Source: an uncultured Eubacteriales bacterium
GTDB taxonomy: Bacteria > Acidobacteriota > Aminicenantia > Aminicenantales > Aminicenantaceae
Reading direction: 5' to 3'
Length of the DNA stretch: 64,000 nt
Assembly (NCBI GenBank): GCA_964550165.1
Contig: CAZJYC010000004.1
Location: 2,795 to 66,794 of the forward strand
In this document: positions 47,438 through 57,077 of the stretch, in pieces
How positions within the stretch are numbered: the stretch's first letter is position 1
Layout: every line of letters starts with the position of its first letter
Notes under the pieces: model-generated
Databases searched by the model: none
The model's input: only the letters and a program-made list of their open reading frames with translations
Told to the model about the DNA's origin: nothing
Program-made: the position numbers and the translations under genes

Positions 47438-50116
47438 ATGAAAGCTCAGGAGATTAGAGAAAGCTTTCTAGACTTTTTCGCCAAAAAAAATCATAAAATA
47501 GTCAAAAGTTCACCACTCCTTCCTAAGCATGATCCCACCATCCTTTTTAGCAATGCGGGTATGAACCAGTTCAAGAATATCTTCTTGGGGCTTGAGAAAA
47601 GAAGCTTCAAGAGGGCAGCTTCTGTCCAGAAGTGCTTGCGAGTGAGCGGAAAACATAATGACCTGGAAATGGTGGGAAAAACAAACAAACACCATACGTT
47701 TTTCGAGATGCTCGGGAACTTCTCGTTCGGGGATTATTTCAAAAAAGAGGCGATCGCATACGCTTGGGAGCTTGTGACAAATGTCTATAAGCTTAAAAAG
47801 GACAATATTTATGTCACAGTCTACGAAGAAGACAACGAAGCCTTAAAAATCTGGGAGGAGTCTATCGGGCTCTCTTCAGACAGAATATTCCGCTTCGGCA
47901 AAGAGGACAACTTTTGGGCCATGGGAGAAACTGGGCCTTGCGGCCCCTGCTCAGAAATTCACTACGATATGGGCCCAGAGATCGAAGAGGGAAAACCTTA
48001 TGACTTGATTGCGAAGGGGAGTGACCGTTTTCTTGAGCTCTGGAATTTGGTGTTCATGCAGTACTTTCAAGATGATACAGGCAAACAGCACCCCTTGCCA
48101 TCTCCTTCGATCGATACTGGGATGGGGCTTGAACGAACGGCTGCAGCGCTGCAGCGAAAAAAGAGCAATTTTGATACAGACCTCTTTACTGCCTTGATCG
48201 AAGCCATCTCTGAGCTCTCGCGGAGAGAATATCCTTCAGGAGATGAAGGAGATATCTCTGTGCGGATCATCGCTGACCATATCCGTGCCATATCGTTCCT
48301 CGTTTCAGATGGAATAATGCCTGCAAACGAGGGACGAGGATATGTCTTGCGGCGGTTGATCCGCCGAGCCTTTCGTCACGGCAATTTATTGGGCATAGAG
48401 GAGCCTTTTCTCTACAGATTGGTCAGCGTCGTCAGCGACATCATGAAGGATGCTTACCCGGAGTTGCTCACCTCTTCGCAATATATCTCAAAAGTTTGCC
48501 AGTCTGAAGAAAAACGCTTCTCATTGACGCTTTCCTCAGGAATTCGCACTTTTGACCAATACATCCATGAAGCTCGGAGCGAAGGGCAAAAAGTGCTTCC
48601 CGGGCCCAAAGCCTTCAAACTCTATGACACCTTTGGCTTCCCGCTCGACCTGACCAAAGAATTAGCCGAAGAGAAAAAAATGGATGTGGACGAAAAGGGC
48701 TTCTACAAAGAGCTTGAGCAACAGCGCGATAGAGCTCGTCTATCGTGGAAGGGAGAAGAGAGACAAAGAGAAAAAAAGATTTACGAGAAACTGAAAGAAC
48801 TCAAGACGCGTTTTGTCGGATATGAGAAGGAGAAAGTCCCCGAAGCGCGGGTTCTTGCTCTTTTAAAAAAAGACCATCGGACTGAAGAGCTCAAGGAAGG
48901 AGAAAGTGGAGAAATCTTCCTCGACCAGACTCCTTTCTACGCAGAAGCAGGCGGTCAAACCAGTGACAAAGGAATTCTGAAAAATCCTCATTTTTCGGCG
49001 GTTGTCGAGTATGTCCACACTCCAATCCCTGAACTCATCGCCCATAGAGTGAAAGTGATTTCAGGCAGAATAAAAGTCCACGATACGCTGGAAGCGAATA
49101 TCGATGCCTTGCAGCGTAGAGCCATAAGCAGCAACCATACAGCAACGCATCTTCTTCATGCATCCTTGCGACAGACCTTAGGAGACCATGTCAAACAGGC
49201 CGGGTCTCTCGTTACAGCCTCGCGTTTCCGGTTTGATTTCACCCATTTTGCTCCTTTAAGCAGCTCTGAATTAAAGCAGATCGAGTTGCTTGTCAACGAA
49301 AAAATCAGGGAAAACATTCCCGTCAACACCAGAATCACAACGCTGGAGGAAGGGCTCGAAGAAGGCGCAATAGCCATATTTGAGGAAAAGTACGGCGATA
49401 GGGTGAGGATGGTCAGCATCGATGATTTCAGCAAAGAGCTTTGTGGCGGAGTTCATGCTCCCTCTACAGGCCAGATCGGATTGTTTATAATTGTCGCAGA
49501 GTTCGGCATCGCAGCAGGGATGAGAAGGATCGAGGCCATGACAGGGGAAGAGGCCCTGCGGTATGTCCAGGAAAGCGACGAACTTATGAATGAAATTCAA
49601 TCAGCTCTCAATACTCCAAAAAAGGAGCTGATTCCCCAGATTGACAAATTGAAGGAATCCTTAAAAGAGAAAGACAAAGAAAATAAAGCGCTCAGGCAAA
49701 GGCTTGCTCATTTACAATATGTCAAAGATTTAAGCGTAAAGGTCAAAGAAAATATAAATGTCTCAGATGAAGTCAAAGTAAAAATAGTTAAAGGAATTTC
49801 TGTTTATACCAAAAAAGTAGAGGGGCTCAACAACGCGGAGCTCAGAGAACTGGCTGATTCTCTTAAACAGAAGTTAGGCTCAGGAGTTGTCATCTTGGGA
49901 AGTGTATCAGAAAAAAAGATTTTCCTGGTGAGTGCTGTCACCAAAGACCTCACAGGCCGCATAAAGGCCAATGACCTGATTAAAGAAATGGCCGCGATGA
50001 TAGGGGGTGGGGGAGGGGGGCGACCGGACTTCGCTCAAGCCGGAGGAACTGAAGTCGGAAAACTGGATCAAGTTCTTAAAGAGAGCTATTCAATCCTGGA
50101 AAAAATCATCAAATAA
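47438..50116 (+). CDS. alaS: Alanine--tRNA ligase
   Basis: FSNAGMNQFK, HHTFFEMLGNFSFGDYFK, GPCGPCSE, IDTGMGLER, NHTATHLLH, ELCGGVH, GGGGRPDFAQAG. Confidence 0.98.
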   Translation: MKAQEIRESFLDFFAKKNHKIVKSSPLLPKHDPTILFSNAGMNQFKNIFLGLEKRSFKRAASVQKCLRVSGKHNDLEMVGKTNKHHTFFEMLGNFSFGDYFKKEAIAYAWELVTNVYKLKKDNIYVTVYEEDNEALKIWEESIGLSSDRIFRFGKEDNFWAMGETGPCGPCSEIHYDMGPEIEEGKPYDLIAKGSDRFLELWNLVFMQYFQDDTGKQHPLPSPSIDTGMGLERTAAALQRKKSNFDTDLFTALIEAISELSRREYPSGDEGDISVRIIADHIRAISFLVSDGIMPANEGRGYVLRRLIRRAFRHGNLLGIEEPFLYRLVSVVSDIMKDAYPELLTSSQYISKVCQSEEKRFSLTLSSGIRTFDQYIHEARSEGQKVLPGPKAFKLYDTFGFPLDLTKELAEEKKMDVDEKGFYKELEQQRDRARLSWKGEERQREKKIYEKLKELKTRFVGYEKEKVPEARVLALLKKDHRTEELKEGESGEIFLDQTPFYAEAGGQTSDKGILKNPHFSAVVEYVHTPIPELIAHRVKVISGRIKVHDTLEANIDALQRRAISSNHTATHLLHASLRQTLGDHVKQAGSLVTASRFRFDFTHFAPLSSSELKQIELLVNEKIRENIPVNTRITTLEEGLEEGAIAIFEEKYGDRVRMVSIDDFSKELCGGVHAPSTGQIGLFIIVAEFGIAAGMRRIEAMTGEEALRYVQESDELMNEIQSALNTPKKELIPQIDKLKESLKEKDKENKALRQRLAHLQYVKDLSVKVKENINVSDEVKVKIVKGISVYTKKVEGLNNAELRELADSLKQKLGSGVVILGSVSEKKIFLVSAVTKDLTGRIKANDLIKEMAAMIGGGGGGRPDFAQAGGTEVGKLDQVLKESYSILEKIIK

Positions 50117-50240
50117 TAGAAGCCTTGTTTTTTGTTTAACCTTTGAGGGCTAAAAAAACACTTAAAAATTCACCTCCAAAGAGGATTGCCTTTACCCAAA
50201 AAAACTGCCATGATAAGGCTTAAAATCAAACAGTAAGGGA

Positions 50241-50840
50241 ATGATGAAGGAAAGAAAAGGCGCAAATCTTAAGATCATCGCTCACTTGGGGATTTTCTCC
50301 CTTCTTGCCCTCCTTTGCCTGCACCTGGAGACTCAAGCCAGTTCAGGAAATTCAGAATTTGACCAAACTATCAAGAAGATCGCCCAAGAACACGGTCTGG
50401 AGCCAGCCCTGATTCATTCCATTATCAGGGCCGAGTCCAATTACAATTGCAATGCCATTTCTTCCAAGGGTGCGATGGGACTTATGCAATTGATGCCGGA
50501 AACAGCAAAAAAATATGGGGTGAGAAATCCGTTCGATCCCGCTGAAAATATTGAGGGTGGAGTGAAGTATTTAAAGGACCTGATGAATATCTTCGGCCGG
50601 AGGACAGATTATGTCCTGGCTGCCTATAATGCCGGGCAGGAAGCTCTGAAGAGAAATGGCGGAATCCCGCCCTATCCTGAGACTAAAAATTACATAGAGA
50701 AAGTTATGGCCTCCTACCGTGAAACCTATATCGGAAAGAAGACGGAGATTTTTAAATACCGCGATGAATCAGGAACTGTGGTCCTGACAAACTGCCGCTA
50801 TCTCTATTCCTTGAACAAGGAGAGGGAAAAGGCCAATTAA
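50241..50840 (+). CDS. Lytic transglycosylase (SLT domain)
   Basis: IIRAESNYN, SSKGAMGLMQLMPETA, NIEGGVKYL, LAAYNAG, PPYPETKNY. Confidence 0.93.
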   Translation: MMKERKGANLKIIAHLGIFSLLALLCLHLETQASSGNSEFDQTIKKIAQEHGLEPALIHSIIRAESNYNCNAISSKGAMGLMQLMPETAKKYGVRNPFDPAENIEGGVKYLKDLMNIFGRRTDYVLAAYNAGQEALKRNGGIPPYPETKNYIEKVMASYRETYIGKKTEIFKYRDESGTVVLTNCRYLYSLNKEREKAN

Positions 50841-51773
50841 TCAAAGATAGCCCTTGACCGGAAGACTTCGGGGAACAATCTCAAACGTTGCCGGCAATTT
50901 CTCCAGTTGTTCGCCGCCTGCCTCGATGAGGACACTTTCATCGCCTTCTGGCAAAGCCTCTATCTTTCTGCCTTGGACGAGCGATATCTTGGGAGGCGTC
51001 AGATGAGAACCCGTATAAATTCTCCAAACATTCCTGAAAAACTCCAGGAGCTTCATCCCTTTGACCAAAACAACATCAAAAAGACCATCATCCAGCTTTG
51101 CTTGCGGCGCGATTTTCATCCCTTTGCCAAAAATCCTTCCGTTTGAAATTGCCCCAACCATATATTCTTCGATGGGAAATTCCTCATCATCGATTCTCAG
51201 CCTTATTCTTTTGTTCTTATAGGTTATGATGGTGGAAAGCAAGCATCTCAGGTAAGAGGAGGCTCTCGGTTTCATCCGGTTTTGATCAACTTTTTGGACA
51301 ACTTCCCCGCCGATTCCAAAATCTGAAACATTCAAGAACTATCTTTCCTCATCCATCCCGGAGGGATTCTTATACCTTATGATTCCAATATCGATCCAGG
51401 AGGAAGGATCCTGCACAATAGTTTTCACGGCATTTTTAAGCCTTAAAGGAATATTCAAGCTCCTGATGAGATCACAACCTGTTCCCGAAGGGACAATTCC
51501 CAACACGGTCTGCGGGTTTATGATTTTATTGTTTTCATAGAAGCCGTTGGCGATTTCATTAATTGTCCCGTCTCGACCGACTCCCACGATGAGTTCAGTC
51601 CCGTCTTTGATTGCAAGCCTTGAAATTTCAATCGCTTGCAAAGGCTTTTCGGTAAATTCATATTTAAATTCTTTGATAAGGCTTTTCAGAGCTTCTTTTA
51701 TCGTGCGCCACCTTTTCCTCGTCTTGCCCCTGTTGGACTCAGGATTGACGATCACCTGTGTTTTCAGAAGCAC
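50841..51773 (-). pseudogene. Diacylglycerol/lipid kinase (YegS/DagK family) pseudogene with an in-frame TAG
   Basis: One reading frame, DEER*FLNVSDFG (TAG at 51339-41). GGDGT is changed to GRDGT and DGE to GGE. Probable GTG start near 51773 after AAGGAG. Confidence 0.85.
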
Positions 51774-52251
51774 CTGTGGCTCCTTGACTCTTTTGAGCGG
51801 CTTTTTTTCCAAAGAGAGAGATGCCGATGATCCCCCCAAGGGCTCCGAAGGCTGCGAATATCATGGCCGAAACTACCAATCCAGCGAAGAACAAGCCGAT
51901 AGAGAATCCGCCTTCAAACAGATTTTCCCATCCTGAGGGCACCTCCTCCATGTACCCAGTAATCCAATTCCTCACTTCATCTAAAAATTCTCTGTTGAAG
52001 CTTTGAAACGGTATATTGACGAATGCGTGCACGACAGCCGCCACGATTCCTGCAAAAATGCCAACGATTGCCCCATCACCGCCGGTTAAAGCAACAGGAG
52101 AATCCTTGGAGAGGAGATAGGCAGCAAGCATAGCTCCGCCAATGATCCAGAGGCAGCAAAGGCATTTAAAAAATGGGATGGCTGAAATGACGCCTGCGAC
52201 AACGCCGCCCACCAAAGCAGGAACTAACATACCCGGTCTCTGATTACTCAT
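51739..52251 (-). CDS. Hypothetical membrane protein
   Basis: About 4 Gly-rich TM helices, CLCC motif. Confidence 0.75.
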   Translation of the reverse strand: MSNQRPGMLVPALVGGVVAGVISAIPFFKCLCCLWIIGGAMLAAYLLSKDSPVALTGGDGAIVGIFAGIVAAVVHAFVNIPFQSFNREFLDEVRNWITGYMEEVPSGWENLFEGGFSIGLFFAGLVVSAMIFAAFGALGGIIGISLFGKKAAQKSQGATGASENTGDRQS

Positions 52252-52355
52252 CCTTCCTCCTACTCTTTTGGTTTTTCTTATTCTATTGAGATTTCGATTT
52301 AAATTTCAAGATGTATTTTGAAGCAACATCCGTGCTCTTAGCACGGATAAAATGG

Positions 52356-52856
52356 CTAGAAAATTGCTTTTTTTATCCTAAAACCATTTCTTTTTGTTCT
52401 CACAAAACAATCCGTCAAGCCAGCAATAAAATAGAAGGGCAGAATAATCCCCCAGATAAATCCTGTGGCAAATCGTATCCAGTTGGAGCTCTTCCAGAGA
52501 TGGAAAAGATTTCCCAGGAAATCGAGACCAATCGGCAGAGAGAAAAGAACAAAAGTTCGAGCCTTTGGCAGAGAAAAATTCAATAATCCCTTTACGAGGG
52601 GAAAGAGCACAATCCCCCCCAAAAACCCAAAATAGGTCCCAAGACAACGGCCACACACGGCAATGGGGAATCCAAATAGGAAAAAGGAGCGAGAAGGAAT
52701 TTGATGACAGAAAGGAGAAAAAATTGCGTAGGCGAAGAGGCTCAATCCCGGAGACCGGCTCCTCAAGTAAGGAGCCAGAAAAATGATCACCAGCCAAGCT
52801 AACGCACCGGCAAGAGTGAGGGAATAAACAAGAAGAGCTATCTCTTTGTTTCTCAT
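52356..52856 (-). CDS. DUF2085-type membrane protein
   Basis: FCHQIPSRSF, AVCGRCLGTY, PIGLD, IRFATG. Confidence 0.85.
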   Translation of the reverse strand: MRNKEIALLVYSLTLAGALAWLVIIFLAPYLRSRSPGLSLFAYAIFSPFCHQIPSRSFFLFGFPIAVCGRCLGTYFGFLGGIVLFPLVKGLLNFSLPKARTFVLFSLPIGLDFLGNLFHLWKSSNWIRFATGFIWGIILPFYFIAGLTDCFVRTKRNGFRIKKAIF

Positions 52857-52969
52857 TATGTGTTGCTATCCAAACTATCCCAGAGAGAGGATTTTGTCAA
52901 TTTTCGCCAGCCAATTGTTCGCATTTCTAATTCCTAAATACAAGATAGCTACCCTGATATAAAGATGTT

Positions 52970-53330
52970 GAGAAAGAGCCGCAGCGACCATTGAGGATTT
53001 AGCCTTCGGAGTTCGCTCTTGAAAAGGTTGCACGCGGAGGCTAAGCGGTGAGAAAACCGTTTGAAAAGCTCAGGCAGATTGGCTCGAAGGTACGCCGCTT
53101 TTGCCCCAGCGAGCCAAAAGCGGCTCGGTTCAAGGCTTCGCTCTCCTCTCCCTTCGGTCGAGGAACTGTGCCCGCTCAGCCTTTCACACGACCTTCTCGC
53201 CACTCTGCCTTCGCCTGGGTAATAGAAAGCTGCGTGTTATTGAACCGCTTAGCCGGAGCGTTACGCAGCCGCCGAGAAGAGCGAACGGAGAATGACGTTA
53301 AAAATACGAAGGGGAGCAGGGTTCTTCCCC
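52970..53330. repeat. Long-form copy of the dispersed repeat with an extra about 215-nt structured module
   Basis: Both ends match the reverse complement of 34855-35020; module closed by GGCTAAGCGGT(53039)/ACCGCTTAGCC(53244). Confidence 0.82.
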
Positions 53331-53428
53331 AAAGTTTTCACAGATACCATTTGACAGAACAATTTTCAATGTGTAAATTTGTCATTTAAGCCACAAAACA
53401 CCTTCTGATACACTTTAAGGAGGTTATT

Positions 53429-55255
53429 ATGGGACGAAAAATAGCAAGCATTGGGCTACTTGTTTTTTTCATTTTTTCAGTCAAATTTACTTTTTCTCAA
53501 GGCCAGCAAGCTTCTGAAATATTAGAGAAGAATAGAACCGGCATCATCTCTCTTGTGGCCTATGGAGACAACAAACAAATTGTTGGCGAAGGGACAGCGT
53601 TTCTCGTGGAAGATGGCGTCCTTGCGACCTCTTATCTGCTGATTAGTCAAGCCAGTGACATCCAAGCAGTGGATTCAAGCGGGAAAAATGTTAAAATTGA
53701 AGCAATTTTGGGATTTGACAAGAAGTCATTCACCGTTCTCCTCAAAGCTAAGACAAAAGCACCAGCCCTTATTTTAGGGAATTCAGACGAGTTAGAGAAA
53801 AACAAAAACTTATTTGCCATCGGATGCAGTGAATCGGGGGAGGTAACGATTTCAACAGGAACAATCAGCAATCTCTTCGAGCTAACGCCCGGACAAAAAA
53901 TTATTAAAACTTCATTTTCAGTTCCAAATAAATATAACGGAGGCCCACTTATCGATGAAAAAGGACAAGTTGTCGGAATCCTCATTATTCCTGAAAGAGG
54001 CTTCGAATTCATCATCCCTTCCAATGCGCTGAAAGCAGTACAGAAAAAATCCGAAATCAAACTCAAAAAATGGCAACGCGATGATTATCTCGCAACCACA
54101 GAAGGATCTTTTCTTGCAGGAAAAATCGCCTCCTTGCTCGATGAAACAAGAAGGGCCCAGAGCTATTTAGAAAAAGTTGTCAAAGATATTCCTGACGATA
54201 TCGAAGCCCAAGCCCTCATCGCCTCTGTTTACAGCCGGCAGAGAAATTATGAGTCAGCCATTTCAGCCTATAAAAAGGTCATCGAATTAAACGCAAATAG
54301 AGACGATGCTTACTACGGCTTGGGAGTTGTCTACATCAAAATGAGACGATACGAAGAGGCCATCCCACAGCTGGAAAGAGCCATCCAGCTCAACCCTGAC
54401 TATAAAGACGCATATTTTTATATCGCTGGGGCTTATGAAGAGCTCAAAAACTTTGCCAAGGCTGCGGAATTCTTTGAAAAACACCTCAGCTCAAACCCAG
54501 ACAAACCGGGTGAAGTCTATTATCATCTGGGTTTGAGCCGGTTTGAGCTCAAGCAGTTTGAAGCCGCTGCCGAGGCCTTTGAGCAAGCTTCGAAAGAAAG
54601 TCCTCAAGATACGGCGATTATCTACAGGCTGGCTCAAGCCTATCAAAATGCAAACCAGTATGAAAAAGCGGCTGAAGCCTATATAAGGCTTGCCGAATTG
54701 AGCCCGGAAGGTCCTCTCAATTATTACCGCGCTATTTTAGGAATGTATGACAAGGCCGGGATGAATGATAAGGCTGTGGAGATCGCCAAGAAAATCGTTG
54801 AACTAACCCCAGGAAACAGTGACTCTATCTACAATCTCGGCTATATGTATTTCAAGCTAAAAAAATTCAATGAAGCCATTGAAGCATTTAAAAAAGTCAT
54901 AGAAATGAATCCAGGTAATACCTATGCCTACTCCACCCTTGGGCAAATTTACCTCGAACTTAAACAATGGGGAAGATTAGTCGACTTATACAGCAAACTT
55001 GTCGACTTAGAACCTAATGACGCTAACGCCTGGCATGCCGTTGGCGTGGGCTACATGCAGCAGAAAAAATTTGATTCTGCTCTTTATCCTTTGAAAAAAG
55101 CTGTTGAACTTCAGCCTGACTTCGGCAATGCATTATTTAACCTGGCCATCACATACTTGAATCTCCATGATAATTACAGTGCGAGAGAAACCTACAGAAA
55201 ATTATTGAAAGTCGATCCTGCTCAGGCAGAAAAACTCAAAAAGTATTTGCGATAA
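53429..55255 (+). CDS. Exported trypsin-like (apparently inactive) domain plus TPR-repeat protein
   Basis: Signal peptide; trypsin-2-like fold with ATSYLL and KYNGGPL at the catalytic motifs; many TPR repeats. Confidence 0.85.
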   Translation: MGRKIASIGLLVFFIFSVKFTFSQGQQASEILEKNRTGIISLVAYGDNKQIVGEGTAFLVEDGVLATSYLLISQASDIQAVDSSGKNVKIEAILGFDKKSFTVLLKAKTKAPALILGNSDELEKNKNLFAIGCSESGEVTISTGTISNLFELTPGQKIIKTSFSVPNKYNGGPLIDEKGQVVGILIIPERGFEFIIPSNALKAVQKKSEIKLKKWQRDDYLATTEGSFLAGKIASLLDETRRAQSYLEKVVKDIPDDIEAQALIASVYSRQRNYESAISAYKKVIELNANRDDAYYGLGVVYIKMRRYEEAIPQLERAIQLNPDYKDAYFYIAGAYEELKNFAKAAEFFEKHLSSNPDKPGEVYYHLGLSRFELKQFEAAAEAFEQASKESPQDTAIIYRLAQAYQNANQYEKAAEAYIRLAELSPEGPLNYYRAILGMYDKAGMNDKAVEIAKKIVELTPGNSDSIYNLGYMYFKLKKFNEAIEAFKKVIEMNPGNTYAYSTLGQIYLELKQWGRLVDLYSKLVDLEPNDANAWHAVGVGYMQQKKFDSALYPLKKAVELQPDFGNALFNLAITYLNLHDNYSARETYRKLLKVDPAQAEKLKKYLR

Positions 55256-55608
55256 AAAACAACGCATGCTGCTGTAAGCATTATTTTTTCTGTGAAGGCA
55301 TATGATGACGATAAAAGCAAGCTCTCACAGTGCTGGTTTCCATCCCTCCTCGCCAAAGACCCACCCACCACCATGGGCTTCAGAGGGACGGAAACCAGCG
55401 CCTTCATTCCTCTCTCTATCAAATCTCTTTTCTCATCATGGAAAAAAAGATGCTTCCAATGGTGTTCAAAAAAATTGACAAAAGTTAGAAAAATATGCTA
55501 TATAAACATTTCTATACCAAATTTTCATTCCAAAAAAAACCGTTCTTCATTAGAAGAAGCTTTAAATTAAGCATTAGCTTTTTTATCCCATTACTCAAAA
55601 AAAATTAG

Positions 55609-55693
55609 GGGCAGGTGGCGGAATTGGCATACGCGCTAGGCTTAGGACCTAGTTCCTTCTAAAGGATTGCGGGTTCGACTCCCGCTCTGCCCA
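55609..55693 (+). tRNA. tRNA-Leu(TAG)
   Basis: GGGCAGG/TCTGCCC acceptor, anticodon arm CTAGG-CTTAGGA-CCTAG, long variable arm, TTCGACT loop; CCA not encoded. Confidence 0.95.
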
Positions 55694-55735
55694 TTATTTT
55701 TTTTAGCAGGGCCAACATAATTATCGACTAATACA

Positions 55736-57010
55736 ATGACAAGCAACGTAAAAGTTTTGAGCACGTGTAAAAGAGAAATTGAAGTTGATATCTCGACCAA
55801 CGAGGTCATGAGAGAATTTGAAAGGATTGTGACTCAATATTCCTCCGGAGCTAAAATCCCGGGATTCAGGCCTGGAAAGGCCCCGATTCCTATCATCAAG
55901 CAAAGGTTCTATCCGGAGATAAGAGATAATGTCATCAATTCTCTAGTGCCTAAGGCGCTAAGCCATGAGCTCAAAGTACAAAATCTGGATCCTGTGGCTA
56001 TGCCCGTCGTGAGCGACCTTCACTTCAAGGAAGGAGATCCTCTTCATTTCAAAGCACAATTTGAAATCATGCCAGAGATCAAACTCCCTGAATACAAAAA
56101 AATTAAAGTTAAAAAGAAAAACACTTCGTTAACGGATAAAGAACTTCAGCAAGCTTTGGAGGAGCTCCGGCAAAGGTCTGCCGAATACGCTCCTGTTGAG
56201 GGGAGGGGAGTGGTCGACGGCGATTATGTTATTGCAGAAGTGCGAGGAAAAGATTTGAAAACGAAAAAGATGCTCCCCATAGAGAAAGGAGTCATCCATG
56301 CCGGTCAACCCGAGAATGAAGATGTCCTGAATAAGAACCTGATAGGATTAAAGCCCGGTGAAGTCAGAAATTTCTTGATTGATTTTGACCTGAACCATAA
56401 GAACAAAAAACTTGCAGGGAGAACAATCGAATACACCTTAAAGATCGTCTCGGTCAAAGAAAAAAAACTTCCAGAAATAACCGATGAATTCGCAAAGGAT
56501 CTCGGAGAATTCACAGATTTGAATGCATTAAAAGAAAAAATAAGGGAGGAACTGGTTTACTCTAAGGAGAAAGAAGCCAAGAACGAGATGGCCGAGGAAA
56601 TATTAAAAAAGATATCGGACCAACTCAGCATTGAACTGCCAGAAATTTTGGTTGACCAGGAATACAGAAGAGCCTTAAAGAACTTCCTATCTTCTCGCCC
56701 CCAGAAAGACCTGAAAAAAGAGGAACTTGAGCAACTTAAGACTGAGGCCCAACAGAAGGCCGAACAAAATTTGAAGAATCATTTGATTTTGACAAAAATC
56801 GCCGAAAAAGAAGGGCTGACTGTTTCTGATCAAGAAATTCATGAAGAATTTAAGGCCATCGCCAAAGCGAATAATGTTCCCTTGGCCAAGGTCGTGGACA
56901 GTGTTAACAGAGAAGGTAAGAGAGAAGAAATCCAAAGAAATCTTCAGCTTAAAAAGACAGTTGACTTTTTGGTTGAACAGGCTATAATAGAAAGTCAAGA
57001 TTCTTCATGA
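55736..57010 (+). CDS. tig: Trigger factor
   Basis: IPGFRPGKAP, FKBP-like middle domain, follows tRNA-Leu. Confidence 0.94.
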   Translation: MTSNVKVLSTCKREIEVDISTNEVMREFERIVTQYSSGAKIPGFRPGKAPIPIIKQRFYPEIRDNVINSLVPKALSHELKVQNLDPVAMPVVSDLHFKEGDPLHFKAQFEIMPEIKLPEYKKIKVKKKNTSLTDKELQQALEELRQRSAEYAPVEGRGVVDGDYVIAEVRGKDLKTKKMLPIEKGVIHAGQPENEDVLNKNLIGLKPGEVRNFLIDFDLNHKNKKLAGRTIEYTLKIVSVKEKKLPEITDEFAKDLGEFTDLNALKEKIREELVYSKEKEAKNEMAEEILKKISDQLSIELPEILVDQEYRRALKNFLSSRPQKDLKKEELEQLKTEAQQKAEQNLKNHLILTKIAEKEGLTVSDQEIHEEFKAIAKANNVPLAKVVDSVNREGKREEIQRNLQLKKTVDFLVEQAIIESQDSS

Positions 57011-57077
57011 AATTAATCCCCAGAACCGGTCAAATTTAGGATGAGTTAAACTCTTCCTAAAAATTCGGAGCATAAAT

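Noticed and set aside
51339-51341. Pyrrolysine or programmed amber readthrough
   Set aside because: The same gene carries other damaging changes in conserved motifs, and there are no pyl genes in the window
53036-53257. GGA direct repeats as a target duplication of a newly inserted element
   Set aside because: Only 3 bp, and the same junction recurs in the 45-kb copy, so it is a stable variant rather than a unique insertion
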